Shown here: positions 28,183 to 36,424 of the stretch, one piece after another | Numbering within the stretch: the first letter of the stretch is position 1 | Layout: each line of letters starts with the position of its first letter | Notes under the pieces: model-generated | Databases searched by the model: none | Seen by the model: the letters and a program-made list of their open reading frames with translations, nothing else | Told to the model about the DNA's origin: nothing | From: Fibrobacteria bacterium | GTDB lineage: Bacteria > Fibrobacterota > Fibrobacteria > UBA11236 | DNA: 59,950 nucleotides | Reading direction: 5' to 3' | NCBI GenBank assembly: GCA_039926685.1 | Contig: JBDSWM010000350.1 | Location: 1-59,950 of the forward strand | Translations under genes and position numbers: made by a program

Positions 28183-31100
28183 CGGGTTCAAGAAGTCAAA
28201 GTGCATAATCAACTTCGCGCTTAGCACTTTGACTTTTGCGCTTTGCATTCTTTCCGTTCGGGCCCAAACCAACCTCGTGTTCATCCAAGCCCCCAAAAGC
28301 GAAGTCTTTTCCGATTCCCTGGTTCGCATCTCGTTGCTATCCAATCCTCCCGCGGCCAGGCCGCCGGATTCCTGCGCCTTGTTCCGCAGCCCCACTCCCG
28401 CCGGCAACAAATTGGAAGGGCATGCCACGCGCGTCCTGGCCGCGCTCGGCAAATCCCAGGATTCCGCCGCATGGCAATTCGATTTCAGGGCCTCGGACAA
28501 TGAAGCGGGGAAGTCGGGTCCGCAATTGGGGTTCGGCTTCCACTACCTGGTGGCGTCTTGCCAGGACGGTAAATTCATCTCGCCGGAAATCCCGCTTTGG
28601 GTGGTGTCGCGCCAAGCGGCCGCCATAACCTCCCCCAAGTCCCTGGAAACCTCCTCCAGCCCCACTCTCGCCTGGACGCCCGTGCCCGGTGTGCCCGCAT
28701 ACCATCTCCTGCTTTCCGATCAGGCCATCGACATCAATGCCTCCAAGGGCACCGTAGCCGGAGCCAGCGTGATATGGCAAGCCATCACCACCAAGGCGAG
28801 TATCGCCTACGGTACTCCCGATCCTTCCGGATCCTTTTCCCAATTGCCCGCGCCGCCCTTGTCCCCGGGCGTACCCTACAACCTGGTTATCCTCAACAAT
28901 TATGATGGGAGAAGCGCCTTGTCGACCTCCACCAAGGCGCAAGGCCTGAAATTATTCACCTTGCAGGCGGCCGCGGCTCCCTTGCAGCCGGCCAGGAACG
29001 TGGCGCCGGCCCAGGGCAAAATCCTTACGGTATCCGCCGACAGCGCAATCACCTTCAAATGGAGCAAGGCGGTGGCCGCCAACGGGGCCGGCGCGGCCAA
29101 TACATATCAGATCTTCATCTATTCCCTGGAAAGCCAGAACGGATTCGATGTGCTCGTTCCCATCTGGCATACCGAAGTCACCGATACCTCCGCGGCGCTG
29201 GATGCCAAGCGCACCTTGCTCACCAAGCGGTACGTCTGGAAGGTGTTCGCATTGAACGCGGCGGGCGCCAGCGTTGTGGGCGACACCACCTCCTTCCAAT
29301 ACCGCAACGATGTGCAAACCCTGTCATTGACCGTGAAATCGGCCGGGCTCGCGGGCGACACCCTTCCTCTCGGGGATGTGCGGATATCCGTGACCCCCCT
29401 GGACGGCGGTGCGAGCCCCCTGCCACTATTCACCGCCAATAACGGCGATGCGGAAAAGGTGCTGGCGGTAGGCAGCTATGTCCTGGCGTTTTCCAAGGAC
29501 GGTTATTCCGGACAGAGCCGCACCGTCACCTTGGGAACGGCGGCGCCGCTCAAGCTGCTGCAAATCATGCCGTCTGCCTCCTGCCGCATAACGGGCCATC
29601 TGGCGGACCAGACCGGCTCGGACCTTGTTAATGCGAATGTTACTGCGGCGGGAGGGGGCAAAACCGTGACCAGCGTATCCGATGCGCAAGGGTTCTTCCT
29701 CTTGGGCGTTGCCCCGGGGACCTACGCCGTCTCCATTTCCAAGCCGGATTACCAGCCCCGCCCGGACACCACCTTCGGCGTTGCGGCCGGCAAGTCCGTC
29801 GATCTGGGCCGCTTGACCCTGGTCAAGGCGCAGGGCTCCCTCAGCGGCACGGTGAGCAATGACAAAGGAGCCAACCTGGCGGGGTGCCAGATCGCGATCA
29901 AGAACGCCGCCGCTACGGTGGTGCGCAGCCTGCTCACCGACGATAAAGGCGTATTCTCCGCCTTCCTCGCACCCGGCGCCTATACCGTTGCCGCCGCAAA
30001 GACGGGCTTCACCTCCGATCAGAAGGCGGTGCAGCTCACCGAATCCGCCAATCTCGCCTTTACGCTGGCCTCGGGAGCCTCCTTGATCAAGGGCAGGATC
30101 AGCTTGCTTTCCCGGCCCACCGCTTCGACCTCGCAATCCACGCCCTTGCCGGCAGCCGCCTTGGAACTGGTGGACAAGCTGCGCGGTACCACGCAGAGGA
30201 CGGAATCCGATTTGCGCGGGGAGTACTCCCTGTCCGCCGACCCCGGCACCTACCTCCTGAAGGCCGCACGCCCGGGCAAAGCCCTGCCAGAATCCGCCTT
30301 GGTCCAAATCACCGGAACGCGCGGTACCTTGGCCCAGGATCTGGCTTTGCAAGGCTTCGCCTCCATCCAGGGAACCTTGCGGCTGTCCCCCGATACCACT
30401 GTCGATCCGGGCGGCGTTTCCGTGAACCTTCTTTCCGCCTCCGGCCTCAACGTGGCGGCCTCCGCCACGCCGCAGCGCGCTCCGGAAACGGGATCCGCGG
30501 GAGCCATGGTGTATTCCCTGGAGGGCGTCCCCGACGGCGATTATCGCCTCACCTGCGGTTTCGCCGGATTCGGCCTGGACGCGGAACCGCTGGTCAGCAT
30601 CCGGAACGCCTTGTGGAAGACGGGCCTCGATCTCACGCTGAAGCAAGCGATCAAATCCGTGACCTTCGCCATGACCACGGGCGGGAAGACCGCCGACGGG
30701 ACCATCCGCCTCATCACGCCGCAAGCGCTGGAACTGCCAGCTGGACGGAAACTGGCCCAAGCCGCCGCCGGAACCTATACCCTGAACGCCGCTCCCGACG
30801 ATGCCTCCCTGGTTCCCCTCATACGTTATTCCTTTTTCCTTCCCGCCGGAGGATTCGCGGACACGACGCTTGCCCTGGCCTTTCCCTTCTCGCACCAAAG
30901 CGTTCCCTTGGCTTTCAATAACGGCGAGGCCGAGCTCTCCATGGAGGCTGGCGCCGGTATCGATTCCATGCTGATCATCCATGGCTATGGCGCGGCCACG
31001 GATACCTTCCAGGTGCCGGCCGCGCAATTGTCCGGATCGGCGGGAAAGCGCACGCTCCGCTTCCGGCCGGGTGCGCAAGGCGGGCTGCTTACCTACTATT

Positions 31101-32590
31101 TCGTCATCCACGCCGGAGCGCTGCTCTACTCCAACGAAGAACCCGCGCGTCGTTTCCACGCCCAAGTAACGCCCTCGCGCGATTTGTCTCTTCTTAAGCT
31201 GGCCACCACGGACAGCCTGCGTTTGGCGGCGAATTCGGAAGGCGAGATTTTCCTGCACGCCTACGATGCCGCCGGGCGGCGCCTGGACTCGGCCGTGGAT
31301 GATCGCGGGACCATCGCCTGGAGCGTGGACGGGGCGCTGGGGGTCAAGCTGGACAGGCATTCCCAGCGTACCCTGATCTACCGGACCTCATCACCTTCCA
31401 TGGCATTGGCGAAGCGCGGCGCCGCCGCGGCGGAAGGCTGGGGCAAGCTTTCCGTGACCGTCGGCCTGGACGGAGTCACCCGGACGCTGGAGCTGCCTAC
31501 GCGCGTGGTCTCCGCCGTCGTCAACAAGCTGGTGCTTTCCTCGACCCTGGGCGAAGCCGCGGATCTGCCCGACCCCGCCTCCTTCGGCCTCTTCGTTTCC
31601 GGATTCGACACCACCACCTTCCCTCCCACGCCCGTCCAGCCCAATCCCGCTATCACCCTATTGCCCGCCAAAGCCGGTTCGGTGCGGGAGATGCAAGTGA
31701 CCCTGGATCCGCGCTTCATCGGTCCGGTGCACATCCTGGCCAGGCACATCAATCCCGACGGTTCGGAAGCGGCCACGGAACTGGGGGCCTATCGCGACTC
31801 GCTGGCGCGCGGCCTGAACGTGGGCCAGACCCTTTCGCTGAGAGACACTACGCGCGCCTTTTTCCACGACGATCGGTTGCAATTGGATTTGGAGGATTCC
31901 GCCTTCGCGGGCGCGGACCAGGCATTGCTGCGCCTGTATAAGCGGAGCGTGGCGAAGACATTCTCCAGCGGCGTCACCTATGCCGTGGCGGGCGACCTGT
32001 ACGAGATCTCAAACCCATCCGGAATCACCTTCAGCAAACCGCCGCGCATCACCGTGGGCCTACCGGCCGGATCGGAGGATCGGGTGAACAGGCTGGAGCG
32101 CTTCGATGCCTTGAGCCTGGAATGGAAAGACCTGGGCGATTCGGTCGCCCGGAGCCGGACTTCGGACGGGCATCCTGCCCTCTCGGCGGACTTGCCGGAA
32201 TTGGACGGCAGTTATTACGGCTTGCTCACCGCTTCACGCGGGCTCACGGCCGGCGAAGTGCAGATCATCCCCAATCCCTTCAGCCCGCTGGTCATGGCCA
32301 CGCATGACGGCAATACCCAATACGGCGCGCGCATCCGCGTCCATCCCGAATCTGACCGCAGCGCGGAAGTGATCATAGCGGTGAAGATTTACAATCTGGA
32401 CGGGGAATTGGTGCGCACCTTGGTGGATCATAAGACGGTGGCCAAAGCGCCCATCGATTTTTACTGGGACGGCAGGGCCGATGGCGGGCGCTGGGTCCGC
32501 AATGGACGGTATCTGCTGAAGGTCTCGGTGGGGACCACGGGATCGGCCAAGCAGAAGCATACGCTACGGTCCGTGGTGGTATTCCAATGA
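28172..32590 (+). CDS. giant secreted multi-Ig surface protein (1472 aa) with CarboxypepD_reg-like repeats and FlgD-Ig / T9SS-type C-terminal domain
   Basis: Signal peptide MRFDGFKKSKCIINFALSTLTFALCILSVRAQ. FN3/Ig-like modules. At least 5 consecutive repeats of the type CRITGHLADQTGSDLVNANVTA...DAQGFFLLGVAPGTYAVSISKPDYQP (approx. nt 29320-30570). C-terminus: IIPNPFSP...VKIYNLDGELVRTL...FYWDGRADGGRWVRNGRYLLKV...VVVFQ. Confidence 0.8.
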   Translation: MRFDGFKKSKCIINFALSTLTFALCILSVRAQTNLVFIQAPKSEVFSDSLVRISLLSNPPAARPPDSCALFRSPTPAGNKLEGHATRVLAALGKSQDSAAWQFDFRASDNEAGKSGPQLGFGFHYLVASCQDGKFISPEIPLWVVSRQAAAITSPKSLETSSSPTLAWTPVPGVPAYHLLLSDQAIDINASKGTVAGASVIWQAITTKASIAYGTPDPSGSFSQLPAPPLSPGVPYNLVILNNYDGRSALSTSTKAQGLKLFTLQAAAAPLQPARNVAPAQGKILTVSADSAITFKWSKAVAANGAGAANTYQIFIYSLESQNGFDVLVPIWHTEVTDTSAALDAKRTLLTKRYVWKVFALNAAGASVVGDTTSFQYRNDVQTLSLTVKSAGLAGDTLPLGDVRISVTPLDGGASPLPLFTANNGDAEKVLAVGSYVLAFSKDGYSGQSRTVTLGTAAPLKLLQIMPSASCRITGHLADQTGSDLVNANVTAAGGGKTVTSVSDAQGFFLLGVAPGTYAVSISKPDYQPRPDTTFGVAAGKSVDLGRLTLVKAQGSLSGTVSNDKGANLAGCQIAIKNAAATVVRSLLTDDKGVFSAFLAPGAYTVAAAKTGFTSDQKAVQLTESANLAFTLASGASLIKGRISLLSRPTASTSQSTPLPAAALELVDKLRGTTQRTESDLRGEYSLSADPGTYLLKAARPGKALPESALVQITGTRGTLAQDLALQGFASIQGTLRLSPDTTVDPGGVSVNLLSASGLNVAASATPQRAPETGSAGAMVYSLEGVPDGDYRLTCGFAGFGLDAEPLVSIRNALWKTGLDLTLKQAIKSVTFAMTTGGKTADGTIRLITPQALELPAGRKLAQAAAGTYTLNAAPDDASLVPLIRYSFFLPAGGFADTTLALAFPFSHQSVPLAFNNGEAELSMEAGAGIDSMLIIHGYGAATDTFQVPAAQLSGSAGKRTLRFRPGAQGGLLTYYFVIHAGALLYSNEEPARRFHAQVTPSRDLSLLKLATTDSLRLAANSEGEIFLHAYDAAGRRLDSAVDDRGTIAWSVDGALGVKLDRHSQRTLIYRTSSPSMALAKRGAAAAEGWGKLSVTVGLDGVTRTLELPTRVVSAVVNKLVLSSTLGEAADLPDPASFGLFVSGFDTTTFPPTPVQPNPAITLLPAKAGSVREMQVTLDPRFIGPVHILARHINPDGSEAATELGAYRDSLARGLNVGQTLSLRDTTRAFFHDDRLQLDLEDSAFAGADQALLRLYKRSVAKTFSSGVTYAVAGDLYEISNPSGITFSKPPRITVGLPAGSEDRVNRLERFDALSLEWKDLGDSVARSRTSDGHPALSADLPELDGSYYGLLTASRGLTAGEVQIIPNPFSPLVMATHDGNTQYGARIRVHPESDRSAEVIIAVKIYNLDGELVRTLVDHKTVAKAPIDFYWDGRADGGRWVRNGRYLLKVSVGTTGSAKQKHTLRSVVVFQ

Positions 32591-32636
32591 CGGGGGTCGG
32601 CTGGGGTCGGGGGGCGGATATTGAAATGGGGTTCGT

Positions 32637-32733
32637 GGGCATGGGTTCCCGCGCTCCAGAACCCGCGCATGTCCTGCTGGCGTTGCCATGCGCCGACGCG
32701 CTCAAACATGCTTCCGCGCGGGAACCCATGCCC
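32637..32733 (+). repeat. 18-bp perfect inverted repeat (GGGCATGGGTTCCCGCGC / GCGCGGGAACCCATGCCC) with 61-nt spacer and a nested 7-bp inverted repeat
   Basis: Read directly. Arms at 32637-32654 and 32716-32733. Nested GCGCATG (32665-71) / CATGCGC (32687-93). Lies in the spacer between the giant gene and the PorV-like gene. Confidence 0.9.
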
Positions 32734-32934
32734 CCGAAGCCCCTCTATAGCGTCCGCCCCCCAAAGCCAGGCCTTCTTTTCGCTGGGGGAAGAGGGGATA
32801 GTGGGTCGCGGGGAGTGGGTGCGGTTGGCGATGGGGTTGGGCCTATGACTGCGGGGTCTAAGCCGCCCCCAAGGAAGGGCGGCGGTTGGGCGCGGGGAGG
32901 TGTGACGAGGAATGCCGGGTCCTGGCCGCTCCTG

Positions 32935-35019
32935 ATGGAGAGAGGATCGTGGTCAAATGAGGGTTGGAAAACGGGGTGGGTCGGGTTTTTCCTTTGGGTG
33001 CTGCTGTCGGTGATGCCGGCATTTGCCCAAGGAGGCAACCGCGATGAGGTTTCCGAACCGGGGACTTTCGGTCATTTGAACGAAGGAACGGTTACCTCCC
33101 CAGGGGATTCGGCGGGGCGGGCGGTCTCCAAGGCGAAAAGGCAGGAGGAGGCGAAAGCGAAGCGGAACGCAATGGCGAAGGAAAAGACGGAAGGGAAGGC
33201 CAAGGCCAAAGCGGCGCGCGAGGATTCCGTAAAGGCCGCCGGGGCGAAGGCGGATTCCGGTAACCTGGCTTCGGGCAACAAATCCGACACCCTATCTCGG
33301 CCGGAAGGCGCGCCGGCGGATAATTTCCCAGCGGGCGCGGATCCGCTTGATCTGGACAGCGTGAAAGCGGGCCCGGACTCCATCGTCGCGCGTCCGGATG
33401 CGGACGCGAAGACGCCGGCGGATTCCGGCGGCTTGCGGAAGGATCCGTTTTCGGGGCGGAATATCCTCTCGGCGGAAACGGTGCTGGTGGTGTTACCGAT
33501 GGTCGCCGGGAACGGGGTTTCCGCTTCCGGAGAGGAGCTGCGCAAGGCGGACGCCGCCTTGCGGATGGGGCTGAACCAGGCGGGCCGGTTCCGGGTGCTG
33601 ACCGAGGAAGAGGCGTTGCGGTTCATCCCGGGCGGGCAGCTGATGCCCAAAAACTGCTTTTCCGGACGCTGCGTAGAGGCGGAGGCGGGTAAATTGCGGC
33701 GGGGGCTGCTGGTGGTTTCGCAATATTCGCGGCGCGACAGCGTGACCCGGCTGAAGCTGGTGATGGCGGAAACGCCGCGGGGGAAAATCCATTGGGCCAT
33801 GCAGGTTTGGGGGAAGCCCGGACCGGGCGGCATCATCCCTTTTGCGCGGGAAGCCGCATGGCGGTTCGCGCGACCGGAGCAGGTACGACCCCAGTCGAGT
33901 GGACACGTGGAAGCGAGGATCGACGGGACGTTTTTCACCACCCGCCCTTGGGGCGAGGTGCCTTGGCTCAATCCCATCGATAGCGTGGACAACCGCAAGC
34001 AATGGGGCTGGATAGGCTCGGGTCTGCTCCTGGCGGGCGGAGGCCTGGCCTATGCGCAAGGGCATTTGACCTGGGCGGACGACAATCACGCCCGGCTGGC
34101 CAGGGAAACCCTTTCCGGCGGCGGCGCGCAATCCTTCCTCCGGGGCTTCTTCGCCGCCCCCACCCTGGGCGCCAGGTATGCGGCCATGGGCGGAGCCGGT
34201 ATCGCGCATGTTAACCAGGGATTGGCTTTGCTGATGAATCCGGCCGGCCTGGCCGGCGCGGAGGAGGAGAACGTGATCGCCGCCAAGCGCAGCCTTCCCG
34301 ACGGCACGCCTTCCCTCTTCCTGGGTTTGTCCGGGCCGCTGTATGGACATTGGGCGCAAGGATTGGGCATCCAGTTCGAAGGGGATCGGCTGGCGAACGA
34401 GACCACCCTGCACGGGGCCTTGGGGTATGATTTGATCGGCTTGGGGAAGGATTTCGCCGACATCCGGATCGGCGCCCAACCCAAGATCTATCTGGCCCAG
34501 GTCGGGGAAACCGGAACGGGGGAGGATCGGTCCACGGGAAGGTCTTTCGGATTGGGCTTGGACTTGGGCATCCAGGCGCGCTTGAACGAGAGGATCTCGG
34601 CGGCCATCGCCGTCCGCGATGCACTCAGCTTCCTGGAGCATACCAACACGCTGACGGATAGGAGCTATGCGGAAGTGCTGCCCACCGAGTACCGGGTGGG
34701 GGCCGCTTACCGGGCTTCGCCTACATTGCTGCTGCTGCTGGACGGGCAGAAGGCCATGTGGGCCGATCAGGCCGATCATCTGAGGCTGGGAGGGGAGCAG
34801 GTCCTGTTCGATTTCCTCGCCCTTCGCTGCGGCCTGCACGAGATCCTGGGGCGGGAATCGGTCCGCAAAATGTCGCTCGGTTTCGGCTTGGACACGCGAG
34901 CCCTCGGCGACAAGGGCGCGAAATTCAGGCTGGCCGTGAATTATGCGTATGAGTTCGGCCTGGGAGAGGACGAGACCCTGGGCGCAGGTCAGCAGTTCAG
35001 CCTGGACGCGGGATTCTGA
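32935..35019 (+). CDS. PorV/PorQ-like outer-membrane barrel fused to an N-terminal low-complexity region and a periplasmic alpha/beta domain
   Basis: Preferred start is the ATG at 32935, giving the signal peptide MERGSWSNEGWKTGWVGFFLWVLLSVMPAFAQG. A/K/E/D-rich tract. LpoB/CsgG-like segment VLVVLPMVAGNG...RFRVLTEEEA. Hydrophobic helix WGWIGSGLLLAGGGLAYA. Barrel signature GARYAAMGGAGIAHVNQGLALLMNPAGLAG. Ends ...QQFSLDAGF. The 116 codons upstream (from 32587) look non-coding. Confidence 0.6.
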   Translation: MERGSWSNEGWKTGWVGFFLWVLLSVMPAFAQGGNRDEVSEPGTFGHLNEGTVTSPGDSAGRAVSKAKRQEEAKAKRNAMAKEKTEGKAKAKAAREDSVKAAGAKADSGNLASGNKSDTLSRPEGAPADNFPAGADPLDLDSVKAGPDSIVARPDADAKTPADSGGLRKDPFSGRNILSAETVLVVLPMVAGNGVSASGEELRKADAALRMGLNQAGRFRVLTEEEALRFIPGGQLMPKNCFSGRCVEAEAGKLRRGLLVVSQYSRRDSVTRLKLVMAETPRGKIHWAMQVWGKPGPGGIIPFAREAAWRFARPEQVRPQSSGHVEARIDGTFFTTRPWGEVPWLNPIDSVDNRKQWGWIGSGLLLAGGGLAYAQGHLTWADDNHARLARETLSGGGAQSFLRGFFAAPTLGARYAAMGGAGIAHVNQGLALLMNPAGLAGAEEENVIAAKRSLPDGTPSLFLGLSGPLYGHWAQGLGIQFEGDRLANETTLHGALGYDLIGLGKDFADIRIGAQPKIYLAQVGETGTGEDRSTGRSFGLGLDLGIQARLNERISAAIAVRDALSFLEHTNTLTDRSYAEVLPTEYRVGAAYRASPTLLLLLDGQKAMWADQADHLRLGGEQVLFDFLALRCGLHEILGRESVRKMSLGFGLDTRALGDKGAKFRLAVNYAYEFGLGEDETLGAGQQFSLDAGF

Positions 35020-35037
35020 GGCGCCGTCGTCGGCGCC
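35020..35037. terminator. GC hairpin between convergent genes (possible bidirectional terminator)
   Basis: GGCGCCG-TCGT-CGGCGCC, immediately after the stop at 35019 and 7 nt before the stop of the convergent HA-domain gene. No clear U-tract. Confidence 0.35.
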
Positions 35038-35043
35038 CGGCGG

Positions 35044-35928
35044 CTACCAGCGGAAGGCGAGCTTGTTCAGCAGCTCGGTTTTTTCCTTGTCCAGCTTCTT
35101 CAACTTCTTCTTGTGGCGTTGGGCGCTGCACCAGGAAATCAGCTTCTTGTCCAACAGGGCCGCTGCTTCCAGCGAAGGCCATTTGCCGGGATTCTTCTTC
35201 TTATAGTCCTTCAGCTGCTCATAGTAGCGCATCCAGCCCAGATTCTTGACGCTCCACAGGAAGCCGACGCGGTTCAATTTTGCGACCCGGTCGGAGTCCA
35301 GCTTCTCCGCTTTGTATGCGCAACGCTGCAAATGGCACCAGAGGCCCAGGCGGTTCCCGGCCGGAAATTCTTCCCTGGCCTTGGGCCAACGCTGGGGGAA
35401 TTTAGCGCGATATTCCTTCAAGGTCTGGAAATGCCCTTCCCAGCTATCGGGAAGCACCAGCGGGAAGCCCAGTTTGACCAGTTCCTGCTGCCGGCTTTTG
35501 TCCAGGCTCTTGCGGGCGAAGTTCTGGCGCTGCCGCCAAACCCAAAGTCCCAGGCGGTTGCCCTTGGGGAATTCCTCGCGGGCGAAAGGCCACTCGCGCG
35601 GATTCGCCTTGCGGTAATCCTTGAGATAGCGGAATTGCTCCTCCCAATGGGATTCGCGTTCGTCGGTTTTCTGCCATTCGAATCCGAGCGTGTTCAGGAG
35701 CTTGACCCGGCCCGCCGAGAGCTTCTTCCGTCCTTGCAGATCGCGCTGGCGATGCACCCATTGCCCCAGGCGATTATCCTTGGGGAACTCTTCCAGGGTG
35801 GATGGCCAGGATTTGTGCTTGGCGCGGTAACGGACGAGAAAACCATATTGACGGATCCATTGCTCGTCCCAACGGGTGGCGGGTTTGAGGCTGGAAGCTC
35901 CCTTTGCATTATGAAATTTGCTACTCAA
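35044..35928 (-). CDS. stand-alone helicase-associated (HA) domain repeat protein, four ~65-aa repeats
   Basis: Four repeats of W..q...L..Y+...p..WP...EEFP.GNRLG.W...QR.....KL...R...L..lGF.W, for example WEEQFRYLKDYRKANPREWPFAREEFPKGNRLGLWVWRQRQNFARKSLDKSRQQELVKLGF. Very basic. Lower GC than its neighbours. Confidence 0.75.
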   Translation of the reverse strand: MSSKFHNAKGASSLKPATRWDEQWIRQYGFLVRYRAKHKSWPSTLEEFPKDNRLGQWVHRQRDLQGRKKLSAGRVKLLNTLGFEWQKTDERESHWEEQFRYLKDYRKANPREWPFAREEFPKGNRLGLWVWRQRQNFARKSLDKSRQQELVKLGFPLVLPDSWEGHFQTLKEYRAKFPQRWPKAREEFPAGNRLGLWCHLQRCAYKAEKLDSDRVAKLNRVGFLWSVKNLGWMRYYEQLKDYKKKNPGKWPSLEAAALLDKKLISWCSAQRHKKKLKKLDKEKTELLNKLAFRW

Positions 35929-36424
35929 TTTTTTGTCCTGGTTTCATTTAAGTTCATGCATGCCGGCCGGATAATCCATCGGGGCCGACTACGGCCCGGA
36001 CCTCTAAGGAAGTCCCGAAACCCGCAAGCTACCCCCCTGCCGGAGACCCTTTAAATATGGCTCTGTCGCATGAAAGTAAGCGAAAACCCCCGGGGATCGA
36101 ACAGGGTAGGCGCTGATAATTTACCATGATTTTACCTCGTCGCCATGAGCCCCGTTGTTGTTTGAAGCGTGCGAGAAATCACATCTCCAAGTGGAAGGAG
36201 GGGAATCCGCCGGTTAAAAAAAATTTACTCCCGTTTTCCGGAACCGCTATCAATCAAAGCCGAGCATCGCGGCAGGCCGCGCCGCGCGCATACGCGAACC
36301 CGCCTAGTCGGATAGGGAACGCCGTGGCACCGAGATCCCGCCTGGGGAGACGCGGGGCCAGGAAGACAAAGGTTTGGAGCAGGTAAGAAAAGGGTAAGCG
36401 GAAGAGGGAAGCGCGGGACGGCCT

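Noticed and set aside
32587-32934. Upstream 116 codons of the 810-aa ORF, which would couple it to the giant gene by an ATGA overlap
   Set aside because: The translated segment is Gly/Arg/Pro-rich and lacks a signal peptide. A good signal peptide follows the ATG at 32935. The region contains an 18-bp inverted repeat and G-tracts more consistent with non-coding RNA or DNA structure. The decision is not certain.
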